From contig CAZWYI010000010.1 in the NCBI GenBank assembly GCA_964638155.1, positions 1,305 through 65,304 on the forward strand: a stretch of DNA of 64,000 nt. Reading direction: 5' to 3'. Below are positions 38,401 to 48,375 of the stretch, one piece after another. The translations under genes and the position numbers were made by a program. Under the pieces are notes generated by a model, which saw only the letters and a program-made list of their open reading frames with translations, did no database searches and was not told the DNA's origin. This DNA is from an uncultured Thermoplasmatales archaeon (GTDB taxonomy: Archaea; Thermoplasmatota; E2; DHVEG-1). Each line of letters starts with the position of its first letter. The stretch's first letter is position 1.

Positions 38401-40394
38401 ATATTATTTGACTCAATGTTATTATTACTTGAATTCAAAATATGGATACCTGTTTGATCATATTGAGTAATGGTATTATTCATGATCATACAATTAGTAG
38501 AATTTGTTAATTGTATAGCCTCACCAGTCGGACCAGCAGAAGAATTATAAGTCGAGTTTATCAATTGATTGTTTGATATATTGCAGTTTTCAGATTCGAG
38601 GATATACATACCCATCCGCTCTATTGAATAAATCATATTATTTGTAAAGTTTGAATTTGTTATATTGTAATACATAAATGCCAACCATGAATTATTTGAT
38701 ATATTGCTATTTACAACATTTACAATAGATGAATCTCTAGCATATATGCCTATACTACTGTTTTTTATATGAACATTATTCAATGTCACATTTTGAATAG
38801 AGGTCGTAGAATTATAAATAAAAATTCCTGCGGTATTTTCACCAGTACAGTTGCTAATAGTAAGATTTAGAATTGTAACATTACTTACAGTTATATTCAT
38901 TCCATTATTGTACTGCCCATCTAATGTGACCGATGTATTAGCATTAAGAGTTACAGAGTTGTCAATAATTAAATTCTCAGTATATGTTCCATCCCAAACA
39001 TAGACTATGCCATTACTTGTTACATTATCTATTCCTTCTTGGATGGTTCTAACATGTGTTTCATCATACCAGGATGAATCAGCGTTGTCATCAACATATA
39101 CAATAGTAGGTTGCTGTACATCAACAGTATATGGGCCATAAACCTTAGAATTACTTGATGTGTCATTTATTTGAATAGAATAAGTCATATCAATAGAACT
39201 ACTATCCAAAGTTATTGTCCCAAGCCAATATCCATTATTAAGAGTTAGATTTGCATTACCTGAAAATGTATTATGAGACCATGAAACATTGACTCCGGAG
39301 ACACCAATATTATCTGATGCAGAAATGTTGAAAGTAAAACTTTCACTTGCATTACCCGTTGAAGGGGTATTATCACTAACTAGAGAAGGATCAATGATAT
39401 CATCTACCTCCAATGGAGAACCGGTAACAGTTTCATTCCAGTTATTGCTGGTATCATTTGCTGATATGTTATAATAAAAATAAGTTGCAGTAGTTGAGAT
39501 AATTGAAATGTTATACCAATACTTGCTTGTAATTGAACTAAAGTTCATAGAATAGTTATCCCAAGAGCCAGTATAATTAGAATTCAGATAAACATTTGAA
39601 ACAGCTATATTATCTGTGACATTTACAGTGAAGTTATAACTATCGCCTGTTGTTGGGTTAGTGCTGAGTATATCACTAAATTCTGGTGGATCATTATCTG
39701 TAACATTTACTGTATAAATTGACGAGTTTACAACATGCCCTGAGGTATCATTTACCCATATTTGATATGTCAAATCACTAATATTATGTGCAAGTCTAAT
39801 ATTTCCATTAAAATAATCAAAAACTGAATTATTTAATGTTAGATTACCAGACGAACCAGCATGGACCCAAGAAACATTAACAGTTAATTCTTGAGGTGAA
39901 TCAACATAATCAATTACAGTTGAATTAAAGTAGTATAAATCACCTGTTGTTGCATTTGATCTATTTGTGTTATCTGTAAGTTGAGGTTGATCAACGATTG
40001 TTAAATTATAAAAGGAGCTTTGATCAGGATAATTATCATTTCCATTTATAAAAACTGAGTCATTTGTTGTGTTTTCATTACCTATAAACCAAAATATCGG
40101 GCAATCCTGATATATATCATCATCAGGTCTTATTTCGATGTAATAATTTTTATTCACAAGGGAATTATTTACTACAGTAGATTGATTATGCCAAAATCTT
40201 GAACCATCATCTCCTGTTTTTAAAACACAAGCAGTAATCATGGTTCCATCTTCGATTAGTTTATTAGGCTCATTATCATCTGTTGCATAACCATAGTAAT
40301 AATGGACTGAAGCAGCAGATACGCAAATTGTAATAAGTATCAAAAAAATAAATGATACTAGCAAAAACATTATTCCTCTTTTTAATAATTCCAT
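35463..40394 (-). CDS. Giant (1643 aa) exported surface protein: two parallel beta-helix modules, two PKD domains, thrombospondin-type-3/dockerin-like Ca-binding repeats, C-terminal TM anchor + Lys-rich tail
   Basis: Signal/TM. PbH1 repeats (NVTLNNVHIKNSSIGIYARDSSIVNVVNSNISNN). PKD signature YSWDFGDDSTGTGETVTHTY and WDFGDETFGYGENPVHIY. DTDADGWSDE / DTDGNGVPDD repeats. TM WALIIITIIIVIILVIFIMF then KK-rich tail. Confidence 0.7.
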   Translation of the reverse strand: MELLKRGIMFLLVSFIFLILITICVSAASVHYYYGYATDDNEPNKLIEDGTMITACVLKTGDDGSRFWHNQSTVVNNSLVNKNYYIEIRPDDDIYQDCPIFWFIGNENTTNDSVFINGNDNYPDQSSFYNLTIVDQPQLTDNTNRSNATTGDLYYFNSTVIDYVDSPQELTVNVSWVHAGSSGNLTLNNSVFDYFNGNIRLAHNISDLTYQIWVNDTSGHVVNSSIYTVNVTDNDPPEFSDILSTNPTTGDSYNFTVNVTDNIAVSNVYLNSNYTGSWDNYSMNFSSITSKYWYNISIISTTATYFYYNISANDTSNNWNETVTGSPLEVDDIIDPSLVSDNTPSTGNASESFTFNISASDNIGVSGVNVSWSHNTFSGNANLTLNNGYWLGTITLDSSSIDMTYSIQINDTSSNSKVYGPYTVDVQQPTIVYVDDNADSSWYDETHVRTIQEGIDNVTSNGIVYVWDGTYTENLIIDNSVTLNANTSVTLDGQYNNGMNITVSNVTILNLTISNCTGENTAGIFIYNSTTSIQNVTLNNVHIKNSSIGIYARDSSIVNVVNSNISNNSWLAFMYYNITNSNFTNNMIYSIERMGMYILESENCNISNNQLINSTYNSSAGPTGEAIQLTNSTNCMIMNNTITQYDQTGIHILNSSNNNIESNNIYNNTNAMAYGICVLASDNNTITRNNVYYNDEGIYVSSWLSVCSENNTIYFNNVYNNSLNNSFDRCSNNDWYNTTIFQGNYWGDYAGTDSDGDGIGDTPYDIASGSNQDVYPLTNKRTTPPTFVWVDDDYTSSTPGWNVDHFDTIQEGINAVSADGSVFVYNGTYYENLLVDKSITIDGTELAILDGNYGFGINITTSNVNIKDITIRNCIKALPDYAVGIYVYNSSNPLDISNINITNITIYNCTIGIAFDNATNCNIVGCNIENSSHGGIALGMIEWFSQSDNSSHCSFINISNCAVSQSTRLQSGPGMKITNSTYCTISNNTIYNMSYNALGPYANGFDLSYADFNTITDNNVSSCDSGGISLAPSSNNNTISSNEFYNNNNTNPAESSWGILLKGSSGNLIIENNISYSEYGFNLTTFYDAFSENNTLYHNKIYNNNISSYDNCSNNTWYNTNINEGNYWGNYTGTDSNGDGIGDTPYNISGGSTQDLYPLIAYNFLSLSLPNSVTENNQFDVTVTSRGNIPVQGVTVSVSGDSGTTDLNGEVTLDAPSVSSTGPKTVTAVKTGYTTNTADITVNNQGGGGNGGTVIPPSPTFTADANGPYSGTVGSSVEFTGSASDGTEPYSYSWDFGDDSTGTGETVTHTYSEEGEYTVTLTVTDDDSDTATATAEVNISEQSTPTYKPTADAGGPYEALTFENITFDGSESIDPDATTGDGIENYTWDFGDETFGYGENPVHIYNQSGLFNVTLTVTDSDGLTDTNITTANITLDTDADGWSDEIEESYETDINDDTDKPKDTDGNGVPDDPSPDGKYAGDSDNDGDNIDDEIETELGSDPDDPTDVKEIPVIDGITYYLVDTNKDGIYDKIYSSENDNVKVKYEDGNYLIDTDGDGEWDYTYNPSSDETEVYIKEDKGFPVWALIIITIIIVIILVIFIMFKTGYLYIEEEKEKIPKGKNKTPTKDTKKSSKKSTKSKKKK

Positions 40395-40407
40395 TTGTTT
40401 TTCCTCC

Positions 40408-41937
40408 CTATTTTAATTTCCATTTTATTATCAACCCTAAAAAAATAATTATAAATAAAGAAATTATGCCCATAATTAATATAAGATTATTTGGCTGTGA
40501 TTTTGTTTCTTTTATATATTCGCTAAATTCTCCAGATAGACTATTATACTTGTATTCATATTTATTGTCATTATTTGAGTTTATTAAATAAAAACCATTT
40601 TCCAGAATAAGATCCGTAACATATCCTTTAGTTCTATTGTAATATCTATCTAATTTTCCGTCACCATCGATATCTATAAGATAAAATAAACCAAATTCAT
40701 TTAAAATTCTAATAACATCTTCTGGATTAGTAACATTGGTACCCAATTTATTTTCTATAACATCACTTAAACCATCATTGTCATCATCAGCATCCCATTC
40801 ATCAGGGATTCCATCGCCATCGAAATCTGAAGGAAAATCATCTGGATCAAATGGATCTGTACCATAATATTGTTCTGCCTCATCACTCCAACCGTCATTA
40901 TCAGAATCATCAGATGTAACATTTACTTGTGTTTCAATAGAATTGCTTGTTCCATTATTATCAATGACTTTTAATATAACGATAAATTGCCCTACATTTG
41001 AATAAATATGATCAGTTGTAACATCATTTGTTTTAACACCTGTTCCATCGCCAAAGTCCCAAACATATTCAATTATATATCCATCTGAGTCAGTACTATC
41101 TGAGGCATCGAAAGTAACAGTCTCATTTGTTTTGCTATAATATGGTCCTCCTGCATTTGCAACTGGTGGTATATTTTCAATGTTTTCATCTGAGGGAGGA
41201 GGAGCAGGAATAAAATCATTACTCGGGGGGGTAGTACTTCCTCCGTTTCCACCATTGCCACCATTTTGAGTGTCACTTTTAGTCTTAAATTTATAATAAT
41301 TGGAAGAATTATCATCTATACCAGTATTTCCAGATATATCAAAAGACGAAACCTCAAAATAATACGTAGTGTCAGTATTTAAATCAGAAATAATTATATT
41401 ATGATTTTTTACATAAGAAGAGTCTTTTTTAGTATTTAGAGGAGGAACTGAACTACCATAATTTACTATAGAATTAGATTTCTCATTAGTTATCCAAGTG
41501 ATACTTGCCTGAGTTTTACTAACCGATGAAACAGATACTTCGCTTATGACCGGGGAAGTAGTATCAAAAGATAAATTAAAAAACAATGAATAATCTACAT
41601 TTTCACCACCTGCCTGAAATTTTGCTGTTTTACCAGTTAAGGTGTCATTTATATAAAAATAGATAGTTTTATCAGCATCGCTATTAGACCCCTTTATAGG
41701 AAAACCTTCTGTTATTGGCACATATCCATAGGCCCCATCTTTGATAGGGGTTGTAAAAATTTTAGACCCCAGTTTTGCTGTAACGGTACCATTCTGAATA
41801 AGTTCACCATTTTTATCAAAAACATATCCATAGAAATAATGTGGAAGAACTGGAATGTCATCTCCATTTATAGTTGGAACTAATAACAAAGATAAAATGA
41901 ATGTAGTTAATATCATACTCGTAAGTACTTTTTGCAT
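40408..41937 (-). CDS. Exported surface protein (509 aa): FN3-like + PKD domain + Ca-binding Asp-rich repeats + C-terminal TM anchor
   Basis: Signal peptide. TSPVISEVSVSSVSKTQASITW (FN3-like). YVWDFGDGTGVKTNDVTTDHIY (PKD). DSDNDGWSDEAEQYYGTDPFDPDD. C-terminal TM LILIMGIISLFIIIFLGLII. Confidence 0.6.
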   Translation of the reverse strand: MQKVLTSMILTTFILSLLLVPTINGDDIPVLPHYFYGYVFDKNGELIQNGTVTAKLGSKIFTTPIKDGAYGYVPITEGFPIKGSNSDADKTIYFYINDTLTGKTAKFQAGGENVDYSLFFNLSFDTTSPVISEVSVSSVSKTQASITWITNEKSNSIVNYGSSVPPLNTKKDSSYVKNHNIIISDLNTDTTYYFEVSSFDISGNTGIDDNSSNYYKFKTKSDTQNGGNGGNGGSTTPPSNDFIPAPPPSDENIENIPPVANAGGPYYSKTNETVTFDASDSTDSDGYIIEYVWDFGDGTGVKTNDVTTDHIYSNVGQFIVILKVIDNNGTSNSIETQVNVTSDDSDNDGWSDEAEQYYGTDPFDPDDFPSDFDGDGIPDEWDADDDNDGLSDVIENKLGTNVTNPEDVIRILNEFGLFYLIDIDGDGKLDRYYNRTKGYVTDLILENGFYLINSNNDNKYEYKYNSLSGEFSEYIKETKSQPNNLILIMGIISLFIIIFLGLIIKWKLK

Positions 41938-42005
41938 ATATCTCCTGTGATTACCCCCTTGAAAATAGTAATAAGATATAAAAGAAAGGGAGAATTTTTT
42001 TAAAT

Positions 42006-45000
42006 TTAGCTTGGTGTATACGTTTTATCTCCACTACTCTCTTTCCACAGCCAATAGCCTTTACCAGGTTCCATATCCTGTGAACTTATGAGAATATTTG
42101 TATATCCTCCACCTACATTATACCTCCATACTGAACTTACATCAGAATCTGATAAACTTGCTAGCGCACCTCCATAGCTTGTCGAAGCAGATTGATTGTA
42201 GGTTTGCCATTGACCGATTAAATTCCATGATTCTCCTTTCAATGTATGATAAGGCATACTATATCCCGGATCTGGGAAAAGATCAAAATTACCCTCCAGA
42301 ATTTGAGCCGTTCCAACATTTAACCAATAACCTTCTCCACCAGTCAAATTCCAATGGTCTGTAGAGGTATCATCATATCCTTGAGTTGAGTGATAAGATT
42401 GCCAATCATCTATTGTTGCGTTATATCTATAAATACGCCAATTTCCAGTTAATCCTGCTAATACAGAGGTTAGAGTTTCCGATGAAACATCACATGGGAA
42501 TGATATTAGATTTAATCCAGATGAAAGACTGATTCTAAACGTTTTTATTATTTTTGTACCAGACGTAATAGTATTTCCTGCTAGATCTGCAATTGAACCA
42601 GCTATTCCAATTGTAGGCGAATCACCAGTCTGAAATGTTGTATCAAATCTAATGGTAGTTCTGTTACCACTTGTTGATTGAATTGCTGCAGGATTTACGT
42701 TGCTTAAGCTAATATTAAAATCAGTATAATCAATAGTAGAATTATCCATATATAATTCATTGAAATGTACATCTACATATGTATGATCTGTTCCATCATT
42801 ATCTGAATCAAGTACTGCATAATTCAATGTAGGTGCTGTATTATCAGCAATTATCGTATCACTCCCAGTATTGTTATAGTTACCAAAATCATCAGTTACA
42901 TTAATTGTCACAGTAACCGTATAATCACCACTACCTGAAACAGTACGTTCCCACCATGCATGAGTATCATTATGTCCAGAAGCATTATCAGAAGTAGTTC
43001 CACCAAGACCACTTAAATCAGCCTTAAATAGACTATTTGCACTACTTGAATCAAGAGTTGCATCTGAATAGGTGATAGTAACATTCACTGTATCAGTATC
43101 TTTTACATAACTAGTACTACTAATTGTTGTATCAGTTATAGTTACAGAAGTAACTAGTGGATCTCCTTCATCAAAAGTAAACGAATCATTAACTGTTGAT
43201 CCAACATTTGTTAGATTATCTGTAGACTTTGCATAGACTTTATATTGATTTCCATCTACCCAAGTAATCGTAGACGTGTCAAGAGTCCAAGTACTATATC
43301 CTGTTGCATTATTCCAGTTATCTGCATCTGTCCAAGCTGTACCAGTCCAATTTGTATTATCTGTCATATTATAGATCTTAACTTCAGTCTTGTTTATTCC
43401 AACACCTGAACCATCATTGGAAGTACCAGTGATCTCAGTTAAAGAAGTTACATAATCAGAAATATCATCAATTGTAGCTGTTGGACCTGAGTTATCTACC
43501 TTTTTATCATTATTTGTGTTACTTTTAGCAGATAGGGAAACGTTGTCAGTTGCGGTAATTGTTACAGTAAATGTACCATTATTATTTGCAGGCATTGTTA
43601 AATTATAATACCATTCAAGATTATTTGTTTTATTCATATCTTGATCGGTAATATCAGAATCACCATCATTATATGCAACTGAAATTTTTACAGGTTCAGT
43701 TATACCAGATCCAGTTTCAGTGAAATTAGCAAAAACTTTTAACAAATCGTTTTCTTTGAAATATGTAGCAGTTTTATTATACTGTATTTCACAAACCGGT
43801 GCTGTGTTATCAATAGTTTTTGTTGAATTAGTCCCAGAGACAGATTGAGATACATTATCAGAAGCATTCACATATACAGTTACATCACAGTTTTCACCAC
43901 TCTGTACATGCCAGTCAAAGTAGTAATGAGTATTATCATCTTTTTCCATGCTTTCACTTGAATTCAACCAACTACTACCCGTACTATTTTCAATAGACAA
44001 TTCAACTGTAGACTCATCTATGCCAGATCCATCTTCTGTAAAGTTTGCAAATACTCTAACTGTATCTCCATATATAACATATGTCGCTTTATTCATCTCT
44101 ACGGTAACAGTTGGAGCTGTTGTATCAAGTGTGAAATTTATATATTTTTGAGTACTTGTTCTAGATGCATTATCTGTAGTTGTAGCATTGACTAAATATG
44201 ATACAGCATCCTGCCAAGTAACACTACTAGAATCATATGTCCAAAGTGTATTTCCTTCAGAAAGTGAAGTTGTAAGCCAGGTTTTACCATCCGCCCATGC
44301 AGCATTATCCCAGTATTTTCCTGAAGAAGTGTTATAAATTGTTATGTTTACTTCTTTAACACCAGAATAACCTGAGTCACTGCAGTTACCTTCTATAGAG
44401 CTGACATCAGCATAATAGGTATGGTTAACAGGTAAAGTGATATTCACAAAAGGATTTGTGTCATCATATCCACAAATAGCATCTGCACTACCTGGAGCAA
44501 TTTCTTCATTTGAAGCATTATCTGTAGCTATAGAATAAAACTGATAATATCCTGCATCACTTGGAAAATCAAAATTCCAAGTCACTGGACTATAAGGTGT
44601 TGTATCGGGATTATTTGCACCACTCCATTTAGTCCAAACACTACTGACCCAAGAAGTATTATCATTTGTATATCTATAATATAGTGTAACATTATTTAAT
44701 CCGCTTCCAGCATCAGAAGCAACATATGTAATTGAAACAGTACTACTAGTCTGCCAGTATGTTGATATGTCAGTTACTTCAGATGAGAGATCATTTGTAT
44801 CGTAACTAAAAGTATGACTTGTTTCAGATCCTATATTTCCAGCATAATCAGTAGCTGACGCATTTATTGTATAGTTGGTACCATTGAAAAATGTTGGAAA
44901 AGCAGTACTATCTTCATAATACCAATTTTTAGTCCAACTAGAACCAGTGATATTTGCTGTAAGATTAGTTTCAACACCCCAAGCTAGTCCTGCCCAATAA

Positions 45001-47828
45001 TTTCCACTTGATTCGTTATAAATAGTAATGTTTACTGTTTCTATTTTAGATCCTCCATCATCAGAAGCGGTACCTGATATATTTGTTAGAGAGTTATACC
45101 AATCTCCATCCACAGGAATACTAATTATTGGTGCAGAGGGCTGAGTTGTATCATATGTAAATGTTGAAGTTGCCGCAGTTAGGTTCCAGTTACCTGCTGT
45201 ATCTTTTGCACTTATATTTATTATATATGATTTATTATTAGCCCAATTTGGAAAAGCACTTTGATTATCATACCACCAATCAATAGTTTCTCCAGAGCCA
45301 GACATATTTGCAGAAAGATTTGTTTCAGCACCCCAGCCTGAGCCTGTATAGTAAGTGCCATCTGTTGAGTTATAGATTGTAAGATTAACAGTTGAAATAC
45401 TTTGAGGATCACTAGCATTACCTGTAATATTAGTAACAATTGATGAACCTGATTTATAAAACTCATTATTAACTGGAAGAATAATATTTGCGGTTGGATC
45501 AACAACATCATAGCCTATTATAGTATCATTGCTACCTGGCGCAACTTCAGAGTTAGTAGCATTGTCAGTTGCAACTGTATAAAATTCATAATATCCACTA
45601 TTATCAGGGAAATCAAAATCCCATGTTTTTGTTGTCCATGGATCTATATCGGGATTACTTGAATTAACCCACTTGGTCCATCCACCACCCCATGTTTCAT
45701 TATTCTCTGAAAATTTATAGTACAAAGTTACGTTATTTAATCCGCTGCCGTTGTCATCAGCATTGTACGTGATAGTTTTTGGATTTGAGCTATCTGTGTA
45801 CCAATATGGTGAAATGGAGTTTACATTTGAATAAGGATCTTCAGTATCATATAAGAAATATGAAAAAACTTCTGTTGCAACGTTGCTTGAGTTATCAATA
45901 GCAGTAACATTTACATAGTAATATGTTCCATTGTACCATGTTACACTTGATGAATCATTTTGCCAGGCAGTATATCCTGAAGTTAGTGTTGCCTGACTCC
46001 AGTTTTTACCATCTGCCCAACCTGATCCATTCCAGTATTTATTAGAAGTACAGTTATATATTGTGAAATTAACATTAGAGATACCTGAATAAGAGTCACT
46101 ACATTCACCAGATATAGTGTTCAAACTATTTGATTTGTAATAACCATTATGTACAGGTATCGTTATTGTAACAGTAGGATCATAGGTATCATAAAAAATC
46201 GTACTTTTTACTTCAGTTCCTACATTACTTGCATTATCGGTTCCTGATGCATTAATAATATATGAACTTGCATTATACCAGGTTACACTACTTGAATCAT
46301 ATGACCAGGAACTATAAGGAGAGCCTGATAACGTAGTACTAAGCCAGGTTTTACCTGATGCCCAATCAGTATCATTCCAATAGTATCCTGAAGACGCATT
46401 ATAAATTGTAATATTTACAGTGCTGACACCTGACTTTGTATCTTCGGATTCAATATCGTTACATGTACCATTGATATAATTCACTGGTTTATTTGTACCA
46501 TTATGGGCTCCATCAGCAGGAAAACTAATTGCAACTGTTGGACCCGTACCATCATATGCACATTCAGTATCATTTAGGTTTGGAGCGGTTTCTACATTCC
46601 CAGCAGTATCGGTTCCAATTGAGTAGAATTTATACCATCCAGATCCATTATCAAAATTAAAAGTCCAATCATATGTAGGACCAGAGCTATCCGTGCCAAC
46701 AGACCAAGGACCAGTATACGTAGAATTATCACTACTGTTATAATAGTGTAAAGTAACAGAATCCACACCGCTTAAATTATCATTCGCGGTAGCACTTATG
46801 TCTAAAGACCCAGTGTTATTCCAATATGGAGATATTGAATCCACTGATGTTTCAGGTGCAAATGTATCAATTAAAATACCATTTGAGTTTGTAATAGGTC
46901 CCGTGTCATTAGTACCTGCTAAGAACAGACCTTGGTCAGACCAATTATAATATCCATCTGAATTAGCATCGTTTAAGGTTGGAATTTGCATTACAATATT
47001 TTTGTAATGCTGGGCGCTTGCTGAAATATTAACAGCCACATAAAACGTTGCAGAGGTATTAATATCCTGTGTAAGACCTGTAATATTCCAAGAGCTAGTT
47101 CCAGAAGAATAAGATGTATTTCCAAGAAGAGTATCCTGAGCGGAACTAAATCCCCCTCCTGCAGTTTCCATCCATAATGTTAAATCAGCTATATCTGAGC
47201 TACTTGCGTTACCCGTTCCACTTAATTTGAACGTGACATCATTTAATTCATCGTGTACTGCGCTGTTATTATCTGATCCTTCCAAAATAATTGCATCTGT
47301 TGCAGCGTTCCATGCTCCACCATCGGCGGGATCATAAGCTTTTACTTTTTTCCAAGCTGTTGGATGTTTACATCCTCTACCAGTCCCAAAAGTTCCAGAT
47401 GCAGGTGCAGTTCCTGCAATAACAGTTTCTCCGTTATTATAACGATCATTATCAATTGAACTATCAAGGAAAATACAATCTTCTGATGCATTCCATGGAC
47501 CTAAATCTTCAACAGCATCATAAAACCACATATCTCCGCCTGCAGCAGTTTCAGATCCCCAATCATTACTTTGATCACTATATTCAAGAACGGTTCCATC
47601 AGCAGGCCAAATTCCGGCCAATTTAGTATCTGATTGTGTTGTTATAGTAAAATTCATCACTAGTACATTAGTATCACTTTGCTTTTTATAAGCAGAAGGT
47701 GCATTATTATTTGTTACAGATGTGGTATTAACATTTATTGAGGTAAAAGAAACAAAAATCAACAATGCAACTACCACCATGCTTATAGCTTTACTAGCTT
47801 TAAAAGAACTGTTCATATTATTTTCCAT
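42006..47828 (-). CDS. Giant (1940 aa) Ser/Thr/Asn-rich exported protein built of tandem Ig-like repeat domains, dense in N-glycosylation sequons (S-layer/adhesin candidate)
   Basis: N-terminal signal/TM. Three ~340-aa super-repeats (SISPYW...SGLNNVTLYY... followed by two N[IL]TIYN domains). Very many N-x-S/T sequons. No C-terminal TM. Confidence 0.6.
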   Translation of the reverse strand: MENNMNSSFKASKAISMVVVALLIFVSFTSINVNTTSVTNNNAPSAYKKQSDTNVLVMNFTITTQSDTKLAGIWPADGTVLEYSDQSNDWGSETAAGGDMWFYDAVEDLGPWNASEDCIFLDSSIDNDRYNNGETVIAGTAPASGTFGTGRGCKHPTAWKKVKAYDPADGGAWNAATDAIILEGSDNNSAVHDELNDVTFKLSGTGNASSSDIADLTLWMETAGGGFSSAQDTLLGNTSYSSGTSSWNITGLTQDINTSATFYVAVNISASAQHYKNIVMQIPTLNDANSDGYYNWSDQGLFLAGTNDTGPITNSNGILIDTFAPETSVDSISPYWNNTGSLDISATANDNLSGVDSVTLHYYNSSDNSTYTGPWSVGTDSSGPTYDWTFNFDNGSGWYKFYSIGTDTAGNVETAPNLNDTECAYDGTGPTVAISFPADGAHNGTNKPVNYINGTCNDIESEDTKSGVSTVNITIYNASSGYYWNDTDWASGKTWLSTTLSGSPYSSWSYDSSSVTWYNASSYIINASGTDNASNVGTEVKSTIFYDTYDPTVTITIPVHNGYYKSNSLNTISGECSDSYSGISNVNFTIYNCTSNKYWNGSGWADGKNWSQATLTSGYTAWQNDSSSVTWYNGTYYYVNVTAIDNSSNVATEVFSYFLYDTEDPYSNVNSISPYWYTDSSNPKTITYNADDNGSGLNNVTLYYKFSENNETWGGGWTKWVNSSNPDIDPWTTKTWDFDFPDNSGYYEFYTVATDNATNSEVAPGSNDTIIGYDVVDPTANIILPVNNEFYKSGSSIVTNITGNASDPQSISTVNLTIYNSTDGTYYTGSGWGAETNLSANMSGSGETIDWWYDNQSAFPNWANNKSYIINISAKDTAGNWNLTAATSTFTYDTTQPSAPIISIPVDGDWYNSLTNISGTASDDGGSKIETVNITIYNESSGNYWAGLAWGVETNLTANITGSSWTKNWYYEDSTAFPTFFNGTNYTINASATDYAGNIGSETSHTFSYDTNDLSSEVTDISTYWQTSSTVSITYVASDAGSGLNNVTLYYRYTNDNTSWVSSVWTKWSGANNPDTTPYSPVTWNFDFPSDAGYYQFYSIATDNASNEEIAPGSADAICGYDDTNPFVNITLPVNHTYYADVSSIEGNCSDSGYSGVKEVNITIYNTSSGKYWDNAAWADGKTWLTTSLSEGNTLWTYDSSSVTWQDAVSYLVNATTTDNASRTSTQKYINFTLDTTAPTVTVEMNKATYVIYGDTVRVFANFTEDGSGIDESTVELSIENSTGSSWLNSSESMEKDDNTHYYFDWHVQSGENCDVTVYVNASDNVSQSVSGTNSTKTIDNTAPVCEIQYNKTATYFKENDLLKVFANFTETGSGITEPVKISVAYNDGDSDITDQDMNKTNNLEWYYNLTMPANNNGTFTVTITATDNVSLSAKSNTNNDKKVDNSGPTATIDDISDYVTSLTEITGTSNDGSGVGINKTEVKIYNMTDNTNWTGTAWTDADNWNNATGYSTWTLDTSTITWVDGNQYKVYAKSTDNLTNVGSTVNDSFTFDEGDPLVTSVTITDTTISSTSYVKDTDTVNVTITYSDATLDSSSANSLFKADLSGLGGTTSDNASGHNDTHAWWERTVSGSGDYTVTVTINVTDDFGNYNNTGSDTIIADNTAPTLNYAVLDSDNDGTDHTYVDVHFNELYMDNSTIDYTDFNISLSNVNPAAIQSTSGNRTTIRFDTTFQTGDSPTIGIAGSIADLAGNTITSGTKIIKTFRISLSSGLNLISFPCDVSSETLTSVLAGLTGNWRIYRYNATIDDWQSYHSTQGYDDTSTDHWNLTGGEGYWLNVGTAQILEGNFDLFPDPGYSMPYHTLKGESWNLIGQWQTYNQSASTSYGGALASLSDSDVSSVWRYNVGGGYTNILISSQDMEPGKGYWLWKESSGDKTYTPS
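44109..46838 (-). repeat. In-frame tandem super-repeats (~1.0 kb period, 3 copies, diverged) inside CDS 42006..47828
   Basis: Protein repeats at aa 331-670, 671-1015, 1021-1240: SISPYWNNTG.../SISPYWYTDS.../ISTYWQTSST... and five NxTIYNxSxGxYW units. Confidence 0.6.
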
Positions 47829-48005
47829 ATTCTAATTCACCACCAAATAATTTTCATATTATATTCTCTATCTAAACACGATAAGATATCTCTCATCTCA
47901 CCCTTCCATTTTTATCTAATAATTGAGATATCAAAACAGTTCTCCCTTTATAAAAATTGTTATTATTTTAGATTGTATACCAATGTATAAAGTGTTCAAA
48001 AAATA

Positions 48006-48224
48006 TTACAATTTTTGTAAATCTTTATTTTCAAAATTGGATTTATCGTAATCAATATTTCTTTTTGTTGCACTCTCAAGCTCAATTGTTTCCTGCTTTA
48101 CAAGTTCAAGCATCCCTAGAACTGATACTATACCAATATCTCTTTGATATTTTCTGCAAACACCTGCCAACTCTCTATGAAAATTACTTTCAAGTTCTCT
48201 AACGTAATTAATACTTTTTTCCAT
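48006..48224 (-). CDS. Small hypothetical ORF (72 aa), possibly not a gene
   Basis: ORF only, in a 538-bp otherwise non-coding AT-rich interval. Confidence 0.2.
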   Translation of the reverse strand: MEKSINYVRELESNFHRELAGVCRKYQRDIGIVSVLGMLELVKQETIELESATKRNIDYDKSNFENKDLQKL

Positions 48225-48375
48225 AATAATTATTCTCCAATCATCTAATTTTGTAATAGATTTTAGTATTTATAAATAGTTTCAAAAAAACAAAGAATAT
48301 AAAGCTAGAAAATACTCTAATAATATAATTTAGAAAAAACTAAATCTAGAACAATATTCACAAAATTTGATATCA

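Noticed and set aside
36437-45511. Several 60-100-aa ORFs on either strand inside the giant surface-protein genes (36437-36658, 36933-37193, 37853-38041, 39289-39474, 42098-42364, 43948-44151, 45221-45511)
   Set aside because: All nested within long ORFs with clear domain content. Typical shadow ORFs.
42006-47828. Possibility that the periodic repeats are a CRISPR array or assembly artefact
   Set aside because: Repeats are ~1 kb, in-frame, protein-coding and diverged (not identical short direct repeats with unique spacers). No cas genes. No CRISPR-like 25-40-nt repeat seen anywhere in the window.
48006-48224. 72-aa ORF as a confident gene
   Set aside because: No motif, no convincing RBS, sits in the most AT-rich non-coding stretch of the replication island. 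Kept only as a low-confidence feature.
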